A stretch of DNA of 64,000 nt from Octopus vulgaris (Eukaryota). The translations under genes and the position numbers were made by a program. Shown one piece after another: positions 24,334 to 37,354 of the stretch (the first letter of the stretch is position 1; each line of letters begins with the position of its first letter). The DNA is taken from contig OX597820.1 in the NCBI GenBank assembly GCA_951406725.2, forward strand, positions 52,328,001-52,392,000, written 5' to 3'. A model generated the notes under the pieces. It was given only the letters and a program-made list of their open reading frames with translations, did not search any database and was not told the origin of the DNA.

Positions 24334-24983
24334 AAGTTGTATTTAGAATTAAAGTTTAGGCAGGACATTTTAAGATGTCTTATGCAAACCTTGTTATGTA
24401 AAGGTTATGTAAAGTTTCCTTGTAGTGTTCCTGCAGAGCATGTTCACCGATTGAGGCTACCAGCCGTCATCCAGAGTAGTGCACTTTCGTTGCTTGATGT
24501 ACGTAAGCAATTCCTCGGTGCACATTGAGGTTATTCTAAATGATTAATACGAGAAGATAGATGATAATGTAAGCTTTATTTAAGACAACAATCGACTCGG
24601 TATACTTTCGCACTGCACTCTGGCGGGTGGGAAGAAATATACCACGAAATGTAGACTATATAATTTTATTTATCCTAAATAAAGCTTCCAGTACACTCTG
24701 TCTTCCGTAGTAATCATTTAGAATATATGTATATGTATATATGTGTGTGTTTATGTGTGTTTGTGTACGTAATTTTGGATGTCAATCGGTATATGACAAT
24801 TGGTATCTTGGGTAAAGCGCATTCAAAGTTTGGGCTACCTGGTGTTATCGAAAGTGAGGATATGTTTCCACTGGGTCTGCATCAGGTATTCCGCAGTGTT
24901 AGTTGAGATAATAATTGATGACGGAGTCCGTCTCCTTTATCAATTATTGTTATATATATATGTATGTATATGAATATATGCAA

Positions 24984-25141
24984 GATGAGAAAATGGAGAA
25001 ATAAATAACAATGAGAAGTGTATCTTTGGTGTTATAAAGTTGTTATTTAATTAATTAACTCTCATGTTAATTAATTAAACAATGGCTTTATAACACCAGA
25101 GATGCACTTCTCATTGTTATTTATTTCTCCATTTTCCTATC
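24984..25141. repeat. ~160-bp hairpin between (TA)n tracts
   Basis: ~76-bp arms around a TCTCAT loop; GAAAATGGAGAAATAAATAACAATGAGAAGTG pairs with CACTTCTCATTGTTATTTATTTCTCCATTTTC. Confidence 0.9.
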
Positions 25142-25185
<44 letters not shown>

Positions 25186-25395
25186 TAAACTACAGTTTAC
25201 CTTTTAACTTACCTACAACCGTATACCTTATAACAAGGACCATACATACTGAGGTAATTACGAGGGGTGTCTCTGGATAAACCTATCTCTTAGACGGTTT
25301 TCTTACATCTAACTTATAACTTATCTGTAATATATGTATGTATGTATATGTATGTGTATGTGTGTATATCTTTCTGTCTGTCTCTCTATCCCTAG

Positions 25396-25432
<37 letters not shown>

Positions 25433-25455
25433 ACTCGCTATATAGATGACTGTGC

Positions 25456-25508
<53 letters not shown>

Positions 25509-25993
25509 TATATGCATGTATACGTTTATATATTTGTTTATATATGCGTGTTTCTGCGCGTTAACATGTATTTGTGAAGGATATTCTCATCAAGAAAAAG
25601 AACCGCCATCTCGTGTTCTCGGTTAGCCACCCTTTGTGACGTTCATACCACCGTAGTGAGATAGCTCATTCCCATTTTATTTACGGCATCATAATGCTAC
25701 AGAAAATGTCATTGCTTCGCTGGAATCCGCTAACGGCATTTTCCACAAAATCGCAATATAATATTTGAAATATACACTTAAACGATATAGAAAGTTTATG
25801 TATAAATATGTAATCTGTTTTTATGTATAGTCTCTATCATAAAGTATACACGCATACATGCACGCACATACACGCACATACACACATATATATATATATG
25901 TGCATATGTATATCTATGGATATATGTATGCATATGTAATACCTACATATATATATGTGCGTGTATGTATATATACATATATATGTGTGTGCA

Positions 25994-26044
<51 letters not shown>

Positions 26045-26332
26045 TCATGTATTATTATGTACGTATGTTTGTGTGTGTGGTTGATAAATGTATTTGTGGA
26101 TATATTATCACACAAATATAGTGTATTTCACTAATGATGGGCTTAACCGTAGTTATAAGTGTTAATAAAAAGAAGCTTTGATTGAATTCAAACATGAAAC
26201 GAATAAATATATTACAGCTCTGCTTTCAACTTAGCTTTGTTTACTGGTGCAAATACTTTGTTTCAAATATGGAATACCTCTCGCTATACCACCCCCACAC
26301 GTATTCATATATGTGTATCCATGCTATTGTTT

Positions 26333-26370
<38 letters not shown>

Positions 26371-29300
26371 CATGCGCGCACGCACACTCACACAAACATA
26401 GCTCATATAACTGAAGTCACAAGCGGTCGGTCATCGAACCTGAATGTGAAAAGCAAATAACACAGACCATACAACATACAATTTAAGTGCGTAGATAAAT
26501 AAAGTTGTTGCACCAACTGATTGGTTCAGAAACTGATGACGTACGACGAAACGGACAGCAGCTGACTGCAGGGTCGTTTCGTTTTTGAAGGAAATATTAT
26601 CTGCATATCTGCATATCTCTAAAATTTCTGCACTCCCGAATACATCGACATGTGACAATCACTGCGTTTGACTTCTCAGAAGATGCTTTTTATGTAAGAT
26701 ATCAGTAATCTAAATGTTTGTTACTGTATTGAAGATCCTGTGTAGGTGTGAAGCAACAAAGAAAAAAAAAAACAAATTCGAAGCAAAATGATAAAATCCG
26801 TTTGCGAAAAATGTCCTCAAATTTCGAAATGTAAACCTTTTCCCGCATATAAAATGTGCGTTACAGAATCATGTTGGACTCATAAATGCAACTAACTTTT
26901 AAATAAATAATGACTTGAATATAACCACTCTGTTATGGTTAATCTAATTTGCTAGATGAAATTTTAATTTGATTTGGTACATCACAGCCGTCTTGCTTCT
27001 GTTGTCATTGTAACGGTGTGAAACAATCAGTAAATCTATCGTTTGGAGCGATTTCGAAGCCCACTAATTGTTGGAGCTAATATGGATTAGTACTAGGAAA
27101 GAATCATATTTTCTCTCTTCCTTTTCCTTCGGTGAAGTACAGCCAACTGCTGATACTGCTGCAAAATCCACGACGTATTATCAAGATCTACGCATGTTTG
27201 CGGTCAGTTTCAAGACCTTATTGCCAAATTCACAATTTAAACAGCTTGACCTTAATCGAGTATGTAAATGATGCTGATAAATCTGGAAAATAATAATATA
27301 TCGAAGATACGTTTGTACATGCAAGAATAGAGAAAGTAAAATGTTATTGAGATAAGAGATGCACTAGCTGTTTAGTACAAAACGAAATGGTGTAAGGACA
27401 ATTGCGGTTAACAGGTGATGAGAAAGTACGCTAGTAAGTTAGCTCATTGATACAGAAAATTATAAGAAATAGAGGCAGTACCATCAAAGTGAGTTTAAAC
27501 GTGGCTATTAACAGAATCATACTGCAAATCTGAGTTTACGCTCAGTAGCAGGTCAAGAACAAAAGAAACCGAAATATTCATGCAGGTTACATAGATAGGA
27601 CCGGAGATGAATTCAATATTACAAGTAACGAAGATAGATATGCATTTGGAATACCATACACAAGATTCGAACTGCATTTTGTAAAACATGAATGTTGAAC
27701 AATAATGTTTTAGTCTAAAATTATGCACACCAATAACATAAATGCATGCGCGCATGCGTATACTTATATATACATATCAGTCAATCAGATTCCAGCACAT
27801 ATGGATTTATATTGCTGAGTTTTTTTTTTTTGACGCAGCAGTTTCATAAATCATAACATGTATATATTTTACCTATGACTGTGCAGTTCGTCTTCCCATT
27901 TATTCTTTATTTAAATTTTATTGTAGAAATTAAATGGCTAATACATTTATTCATGCGCAATTTTGCGACCTATCTAAGGTATACATACGTTCCTACACAC
28001 ATTCATTATTAGTTGGGATTCTAAGTAGCAAAATTTACTTAGTACCACCGAAGGAGTATTTTCACCCCGAACGTATTGGCAAAAAGTATTTATGCTATTC
28101 ATTCCTATATATTGAAAAAACTAGTTCCTAACGTCTCAGAATTCAGAATCAGTCTTTGACAACTTACATTCGTACTGGGGCAACATCTTGATGTTAAATA
28201 CAAGAATGTCATTTCATGTATCAGGGGTGTATATGTTAAGGGGTCAGTAAGGTGGGTGATGCATTCAGTAAACCCTTAGACATATTTTTGTGTATTTATT
28301 GGCTAAAGGAAGAAACACAGACATTAATAGTTTATTTTCAGAGGAACTGAAGTTGTGCCGCACGAATATGAATGATATATATTGAAATGCATTTGATGTC
28401 TTCAAAGATATCTGAATAGAATTTAGGCTGGAAAAATAGTCCTACAAGACTGTAAAACAAGGAAAACTATGAGTCGTCATTAAACATTTCAATAAAGCAT
28501 CTATTTCGCCTAGAGTGAAGAAAGAACATAAATACTTAATATGGAAAGATGGATAACTGTTATATGATGGAATTTGTAACATGGCATGCATTACCAAGAA
28601 ATACAACACTGGATGGAAGGATGAAAATTATGGTCCTTAGAATTTTCTGTATACCTACAATATTTTGTAAGTTCAATTACTCATACCAGACATGGAACAA
28701 CTCAAATATGCTAGATGAAATCCAGGACAATCCAGTTTCATCCCGAATACTATAAACATCACGACAAATTTCCATATTAGTATATTCATTGATTTTATGT
28801 AGGAAGACAGGAATGATATAGTGGCTTATCATTGATTGAAACATCCTTTGAAAGTTGCATAATATTTCTTCAACATCATCTGCTAACATACAAGTGTCTA
28901 AACATGGTTTTGGATTCAAACTGCTTATCTAAGACAGATAACATCATGAGAGTTGATAATCAGCTTTTCTGAAAATATTTCCTTGCTGATAACATCTAAG
29001 GAGATTGAACAGCTCAACAGCAACAAATTATCAGATGAAAAGATTTATGCTCACACTAGCAGGTTTTACATGACTATGTTGTGGGAAAAATTCAAACTAA
29101 CAGTAAGGTAGCTAATGAAGGTTATAGTGTCACATACCGAACAAGAATAAGTATATTAACTTACACGCTGAAAAATATGCAAGTGTATTATATGAAGAAA
29201 AAGCAAGGGAATGCGTGACTCACAAAGTGAAAGGCACGCAGCTTAACTAACAAGGTGCTGCAACCGATACAGGATCTGTAAAATCAATCGGGAAGAATTC

Positions 29301-29983
29301 ATCTACAGCTTCAGCAGCAATCCGAAAATTATCTATTAATACTATCTATCTAAGACGTATGAAGTCACAGACAATTCATTAAAGAGCGTGGTCGTTAAAA
29401 GGGGTAGATTTGAACAAATATACAAGTGGAAATGGGAATGTAGAGTCAATGTACAATCATAATTCCAATGAGTAGCGTTCAAAACGTAATAGGATACATA
29501 TGATAATCTTGAGGAATGACAAATGACCATGCGTTGATGAAAACTAATTGTCCAACAGATAGTAACCTATGTTTACAGATAAAACCACCAGCCAGATTCA
29601 GGTTTATACCTGTTATTATAGATGGAGTTTGGCTCATTTCGATCCGCATCCATGCATCAGCAACAATCTTGACAAGATGGATACATCAAAATTTGAAAGA
29701 ATATGGCCAAGTAGGAAAATACTGTTATAAGCCATTAATGAAACAATGAATATACATGAAGCATTACGAGATTTTAGAATATAGCAAGTACATATACAAA
29801 CGTGTAGATACAGAGTTGCATGTATTTGAGCAATGATATTCATGCTGTCACAGCCTCTTTCATACAAGCATAAACATATGTGTGTACATACATACATATA
29901 TATATATACATATATATATATATAAATAAAACATATGCATACATACATATATGTACATACCTACATCTATATGTGTATATACA

Positions 29984-30027
<44 letters not shown>

Positions 30028-30792
30028 CACAGGAGACCACAAATAAACGTAGAACACAACGAGAAACGAAAACATAAAAACAAACAAGGAAACGGACTTT
30101 TTTAACAACGAAAAAACAGAGTACAAGACAAACAATACAAGGAATATTCCTCTTCATCAGCTGCCCCTGGTTCGACTCAATGCGTGTTTCGAAGGTATAT
30201 ATATATATATATATATAGCAACACAAAAATGGGGGGGGGGGGTAAGAGATGGTATTCATCAACTTTTACACATTATATTATGTCTATTTATTATTAAAAA
30301 CCATTATAACAATATACATATATGTATAACGCACCATGCTTTACATAGATAATATATAAACATAAAAATACCAGTAATTATTAAAATATATGGCGTAGAG
30401 TATAGGAAGTAGAATAATATCCTACAGCTATTTACGACAACTGGTCATAATACCCCACTTTACTTCCATTCGTTCAGTGAAGTGGGGTATTTGGTAGATA
30501 AGATTAAGGTACTTGGTTGTGCCTCTGAGCTTTGTCAGGGAGTTTAGACAGGTCATAAGGTTAAGTTATAAATATAAATACATGCATATATACACAGTTT
30601 TACATATACATCAATATACATAAATACATATCTATACATTTAATGTATATGTATATCAAAAGAGAAATAATAGTGGAATTTAAATGATCAATATTTTAAG
30701 ATTATTGTATTCATGTAGGAATGAAAGGGTATATAAATGAGGAATACACACACACATATGTTATATGTGTGTCTGCGTGTGTTTGTGTATAA

Positions 30793-30849
<57 letters not shown>

Positions 30850-31193
30850 TACGTAGATAAATAGATAATTCCTTTGAAAGAGCTATATTCCTCAAATATA
30901 AAGTCTCTTTTCAGCATTGGTGAGAAATTCGAAAGCTAGAGCACGAACTCATATATAAACATAATTAAATTGATACTCCTCATAAAGAAATACATAGACA
31001 TATCCTTATTGATATGGTTATATATACACATTCATGTATGTATATTTGTAATAAATACCCACATAAATACGTGGATATGAGTATAGATAAAAACATATAA
31101 GATCACAAATGTCAAACATATCTAAGTGTATACGTATTATATATAACTGCAAATCTATATTATCTCGATATAACAATATATGTAAGTAAACAA

Positions 31194-31767
31194 GGCGGTG
31201 AGCTGGCAGAAACTTTAGCGCGCCGGGCGAAATGCTTAGCGGTATTTCGTCTGCGGCTACGTTTTGAGTTCAAATTCCGCCGAGGTTGACTTTGACTTTC
31301 ATCCTTTCGGGGTCGATTAAATAAGTACTAGTTACGCACTGGGGTTGATATAATCGCCTTAATCCGTGTGTCTGTCCTTGTTTGTTCTCTCTGTATTTAG
31401 CCCCTTGTGGATAGTAAAAAAATAGGTATTTCGTCTGCCGCTACGTTCTGAGTTCAAATTCCGCCGAGGTTGACTTTGCCTTTCATCCTTTCGGGGTCGA
31501 TTAAATAAGTACCAGTTACGCACTGGGATTGATATAATCGCCTTAATCCGTGTGTCTGTCCTTGTTTGTTCTCTCTGTATTTAGCCCCTTGTGGCTAGTA
31601 AAAAAATAGGTATTTCCTTTGTCTTTATGTTCTGAGTTCAAATTCTGCCGAAGTCAACTTTGCCTTTCATCCTTTGGAGTCGATGGATAAGTACCAGTTA
31701 CGTACTCGAGTCGGTCTAATCGACTGACCTCCAACGATTTCTGGCCATATGGCTAGAGTAGAAAAGG
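31194..31767 (+). mobile_element. Trimeric Nin/Deu SINE
   Basis: One A-box head (GGCGGTGAGCTGGCAGAAAC) followed by three units each starting GGTATTTC...GAGTTCAAATT...TTTCATCCTTT at ~31241, ~31426 and ~31609. Confidence 0.88.
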
Positions 31768-31953
31768 ACAGAATACATGTATGTACACATAACCTAGACG
31801 AGGTTTGAGCATGTGAATGTGCCGTATTGTATGGTTGAAATCGATGTAGGACAAACGAGTGAAGGCCAATGTTTACTGCAACACGAATATCAGTTGGAAT
31901 TCACTTTCACTAGCTCCATTTTTATTGTCTTCGCTACCCTCATACGTGTATGA

Positions 31954-32004
<51 letters not shown>

Positions 32005-32007
<3 letters not shown>

Positions 32008-32660
32008 GCGAAAGGAACCGATCCCACAAGGCAAAGGAATCAGCTAGGAAGACCATTGCGTCTCACCACAGACCAACTGGAGCAGAGACATTTCGCCACC
32101 GGCTGAGACTTTTCATTCTGTGTTGTCGACGTACGCTTAGAGGCCCCCGTCCTCGCAGATCGTCATCCACGGGCATGTCTGCAGTGGGCTCAAAAACGTC
32201 AGAACAGAACATCATGCAATGGGGCGGGATTGCACTCAGCCAGAAAATTGGACCGGTGGTCTTCCAAAATATCGGCGAGGGCCGGGACAATGGAACAACT
32301 GCTACTCGCTATATCGAGCAAGTGTTGAGGGCTCACATGGTGTCGTACTATGCCCGTCATTGGAATCACGTGTACCAACACGACAACGCCCGTGTCCATA
32401 CTACCAATTTGACAACAGAAATCCCTCCAACAGCAAAATATCCAGACACTGCCATGGCCTAATCTAAGTCCGGACTTGAACCCCATAGGGCACTTGTGAG
32501 ACGAAATCAAAAGAAGGTTAAATGACATCCGTCGAAGGCTGACAACTGTGGCACAACACACTGCAAATTTTAAAAGTGGCCTTCCTCAATCGTTTGCTGC
32601 ATTCAATATAGAGATATTACCTGGTGGTAATTAAGGCTAACGGTGGTCTCACGAGATATT
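32005..32660 (+). mobile_element. Tc1-family transposase remnant
   Basis: IMQWGGI...GTTATRYIEQVL...VYQHDNARVHT then, after a frameshift, PWPNLSPDLNPIGHL*DEIKRRL (DD34E region). Confidence 0.85.
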
Positions 32661-32875
32661 GAGTTCATCTCCTTGACTCCAAGACACTCCGTCATGATGA
32701 GACACCATCTGACGTCAAACATGTTTCAGAAAATGACATTTTATCATTTGGAAAAATCGGTTTCTTAATTAGCACTCTTCAGTCAATGCTATGTTAATAA
32801 ATCGGTTTCTGTTTAGTATGTGTGCGACGTTTCTGTGGTGGTTCAGTATATATAAACCAAAAGATACGTTTATAT

Positions 32876-33285
32876 AGGAGTGGCTGTGTAGTAAGTAGCT
32901 TGCTTACCAAACATATGGTTCCGGGTTCAGTCCTTGGGCATGTGTCTTCTACTATAGCCTCGTGCCGGCCAAAGCCTTGTGAGTGGATTTGGTAGACGGA
33001 AACTGAAAGAAGCCCGTCGTATATATGTATATATGTGTATACATATATATATATGTGTGTGTTTGTGTGTGTGTAATTGTGTGTGTGTGTCTGTGTTTGT
33101 ACCCCCAACATCACAATGACACCGATGGTGGTGTATTTACCTTCCCGTAACTTAGCGGTTCAGAGACCGATAGAATAAGTACTAGGCTTACAAAGAATAA
33201 GTCCTGGGGTAGATTTGTTCGACTAAAAGGCAGTGCCTCAGCATGCCCGCAGTCAAATGACTGAAACAAGTAAAAGAGAAAAAGA
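32876..33285 (+). mobile_element. CORE-like tRNA SINE (OR2-like)
   Basis: Same head, (TA/TG)n centre and CAGTCAAATGACTGAAAC tail as 1128-1512. Confidence 0.85.
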
Positions 33286-33324
33286 GTATATATATATATA
33301 TACATATATAAATATATATACACG

Positions 33325-33600
33325 GATGCGCTCCTTTGGGGGGATAACAGCACTTTATTATCTCCCTTCCTTTCAACTCTATTCTTTCAAACTTTTTTTC
33401 TAATCATCCACCAAGCTTGACCGTTAAGTCTACAAGATTTTTTGTCATTCTCTCTCTCTGTATATTTTCTCTTATTCCTTTCTGTTAAAGAGCGTAGGCT
33501 CGAAAAGGAATAATCTTTTTCATTTACCTGAGAGTCAAACTAAAACACCTGCTTCTTGTTCATACACCAGTCTTCGTCTTCTGGTTTTCTATAAATTTCA
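33325..33600 (+). repeat. Pyrimidine-rich repeat with a decayed hammerhead, related to the 34.3-34.95 kb units
   Basis: CTGTTAA-A-GAGC-GTAG-GCTC-GAAA at 33482-33505 followed by CCTGAGAGTC (compare CCTGAGCGTC in the 34-kb units). Confidence 0.45.
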
Positions 33601-33610
33601 GCTATGTGTA

Positions 33611-33687
<77 letters not shown>

Positions 33688-33788
33688 TAGATAGATGTAT
33701 ATATATATATATATATATATATTTACATATATATCTATATATATACATAAATATATATATATATACACGTATAAACATATATATAGGC

Positions 33789-33849
<61 letters not shown>

Positions 33850-34295
33850 GCGTATGTGTACGTACATACACACAAACATAGATATATATACATGAATTTA
33901 CATTTATATATACATATACTGTGTCAGTGTGTGTGTGTGAGTGAGTGTGCGTGTGTGCATGTGTGTTTGTGTAATGTGCAGATGTGCAGTATACAAAATG
34001 CCGGCCAAGGAAAACACAAGTCTAGACAAGATTGTACAAAAAGCTTTTGTTTACATGATGTTTAGAGACAAAACTTCCAGCACAAATTTGACATTTCAAA
34101 TGTCTTGCAGTAATCCTTTTTTTGTTTGTTTTACTGTTTAGTGTTATTTTCATTTCTGTTTTGCTAGATTGATTCATATTTCAATCTGGCAAAACATAAA
34201 TGAAAATAATGTAATATAAGAAAGGAGTATAATTCTGTATCAATATATCAGTATATATGTGTGTTTGCGAATGTGTGTAAGCACATATATATATA

Positions 34296-34505
34296 TGACC
34301 GCGTGTGTACCGCTGGCGATTTTTTTTCCTCCGTCTTCCCTTCTTTGGATCTTTCCTTTTCCTATGTTTCTGACGAAGAACTCCGCTCGAAACGTAAAAC
34401 CCTCCTTCTTCCCATCCTTCCTGAGCGTCCAATAATACTATATTTGTTCCACGTCTTCGCGTTGTTGTGTTTTCTCTTTGTGTTTTCATGTTTGGATTAT
34501 CTCTA
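34296..34505 (+). repeat. Hammerhead-bearing ~210-bp repeat, unit 1
   Basis: Direct repeat of 34746-34950; HHR at 34366-34400: GTTT-CTGACGA-A-GAAC-TCC-GCTC-GAA-ACGT-A-AAAC. Confidence 0.8.
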
Positions 34506-34531
34506 TACACACACACACATATATATATATA

Positions 34532-34632
<101 letters not shown>

Positions 34633-34640
34633 GGTTCCCA

Positions 34641-34718
<78 letters not shown>

Positions 34719-34745
34719 CGTACATATATATGCACATTCAATATG

Positions 34746-34950
34746 TGACCGCGTGTGTATCGTAGGCGAATTTCTTTCTCCATCTTCCCTACCTTGGACA
34801 TTTCCTTTTTCTATGTTCCTGACGAAGAGCTTCGCTCGAAACGTTAAATACTCCTTTCTTTCCTTTCCTGAGCGTCCAATAACACTATACTTGTTCCACG
34901 TCCTCGCGTTATTTTGTGTTTTTGCTTTGTGTTTTCCCGTTTATATTCAC
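34746..34950 (+). repeat. Hammerhead-bearing ~210-bp repeat, unit 2
   Basis: HHR at 34815-34849: GTTC-CTGACGA-A-GAGC-TTC-GCTC-GAA-ACGT-T-AAAT. Confidence 0.8.
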
Positions 34951-35416
34951 TATATACATATATGCATACATATGTATATATGTAGATATATATGTATCTG
35001 TGTGTGTCTGCGTGTGCACGCGCGCGCACGTGTGCTTTACGATTTCCTGTATGCACAAAGACACCAATAATTAAAATTGAATATACTTATGACTTAGAGT
35101 AAGTTATCAGCTGAGCAACATCTAAAAACCAATGACAAAGGAGCAGGAGTATCGTTATGACTTTCACTAGATTACATGTATTACGGCTTGAAGAAACATT
35201 GCAGAGCAGAGTATTCGTGAAGCAAACTATCATATCTTCCGTGACATTCAAATGAAGTTGCAATCAATCATTCTCACGCATCCATCCGCATAATTAATCT
35301 CATCCACAACACATACACACACGCAAACACACACACATACACACACAACACACACACACATACATACACACACACATACACACACACACACACACAAAAC
35401 ACACACACACACACAC

Positions 35417-35496
<80 letters not shown>

Positions 35497-35568
35497 GCAT
35501 ACGGAATCCAGTGGATGTATTCCACCGAATTTAGGTAAATAATCCTTCGAACAGTCGGTCAGCTACTC

Positions 35569-35607
35569 CACATTGATAGGAGGCAAATACTTCGAAACTA
35601 GTCTGTG
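35569..35607 (+). ncRNA. Degenerate minimal hammerhead ribozyme (third family)
   Basis: CACA-TTGATAG-GAGG-CAAATA-CTTC-GAA-ACTAGT-C-TGTG: all three helices and a GUC site present; the CUGAUGA box is mutated. Confidence 0.5.
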
Positions 35608-35857
35608 AATGCCATACAAGCAAGGGAAAGCTGCTGACCTCCCCTGTTCGAAGGTTATAATGGATACAGATCTGTGTGTCACATCGTTAGCTAGAAGCGA
35701 TGGCCTCTTGGAGCTAATCAACGGCAGCATTCGTCCTATTTTTCTGGACTGCCATGTTAGCTTGGCGATAACTATTAATATCCAGTTCCACTGCCGTAGC
35801 CTCCTTTAGAGAGAATTAGAAATAACGATCTTTCTCTCTCTCTCTCTCTCTCTCTCT

Positions 35858-35925
<68 letters not shown>

Positions 35926-36569
35926 TATACATATTTTTAATATTTTATATATATATGTGTGTATATGAGTATGTTTAACTTGTAATTAAAATCATGATTT
36001 AGGATCTTCCCCTACCAGCCTCCTTTATAGACAGCTACTTTAAACACAATTTACTACTAATATCTTGACAATATTTATGACCATACTTAGCCATGAGCTA
36101 TCAACTCACACTTGCCTTTCATTCCGAACAAACACAGTCTCCGTATCTTGCATTTAGTAGTTGATAAAAAGACAAATAAATTAGAAATGAACCACAATCT
36201 TTTACAAATTATGACCCCAGTAAGCTTCATGCCTTTCTGGGAAGTGTCGAATATTCTTAGCGAAAATAGCGACAAAAGGGATTGCTTCCATCTTCTTGCT
36301 CTGTTAAAGTATTTGAGAAAAATTATATGTGTCCGACAGACTACAATTCTAATTATATGTGCCCTGCATTCAAATGATGTAATGATTGCATTGTTCAATC
36401 AAATAGAGTCACTAGAAACAGTCGTACTGCATTAGGTCTTATCCTGTTGCTTATTGTTTATATATATATATCATAACAAAGGCAGCTATACGCAATATAA
36501 AACTAAAAAGAAAATTTCAGTTGTCATTGTGACTAAAGTTCTACACTGCACCCTCATTCATAATTAATG

Positions 36570-36636
<67 letters not shown>

Positions 36637-36659
36637 ATATGTTTGTATGTATGTATGTA

Positions 36660-36709
<50 letters not shown>

Positions 36710-37305
36710 CATACATACAAACATATATATATATATACGTTGTCAGCCCTCGATGACCAAACCAGGAAGCCTGCAAAGTCTGTTCGGTAAGATCTTCGGA
36801 TTTCGCTGGAACGCTTGCTGCAAGAACAAGAAAACTGTTAAGTAGTAAATGAACTCATTAGTTTCAAAAGACACCTTACCATCTCCTAACACCTATCCTG
36901 AAAACGAAACTTTTTGGTGCATTTAAGAATGCAGAATAATTCTTTTGCACAAATCCATACGTCGCTCGGTCTGTGGATTCGCCCAGCTGAATACTTTAAA
37001 AAAAAAAAAAAAACCTTCACCTTCACAGGCATCACATGGTCTTAAACGCCGCTGGTATGTGTTGCATGCAATCCTTGGCGATATTCAGGCCAAATGAAAC
37101 AATCAAGGTTAAATTTCATGATGGTATGTAAGTGTTTGGAAAAGTTGTCTGAAAAGCTGGAGGAACAAGTTTCATTGTTGCCACTTTCGTCCAAATTGTT
37201 TAATTCGTTAGCAAGGCGCTGAAAGTCCACATCAGTGTAGCACAATTAAGGGAACGACCAAGCGATAATATTGATGGAAACGAGTTACTATGTAAATACG
37301 TGCAC

Positions 37306-37354
<49 letters not shown>

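Noticed and set aside
30145-30196. Circularly permuted (type II) hammerhead on the minus strand: CCTTC-GAAACAC...GAGTC...CTGATGA-A-GAGG
   Set aside because: Both core boxes are present in swapped order, but no stem I can be formed; unsupported without a family consensus.
36087-36435. Overlapping ~105-aa ORFs as a host exon or L1 remnant
   Set aside because: No recognisable motif that I can support.
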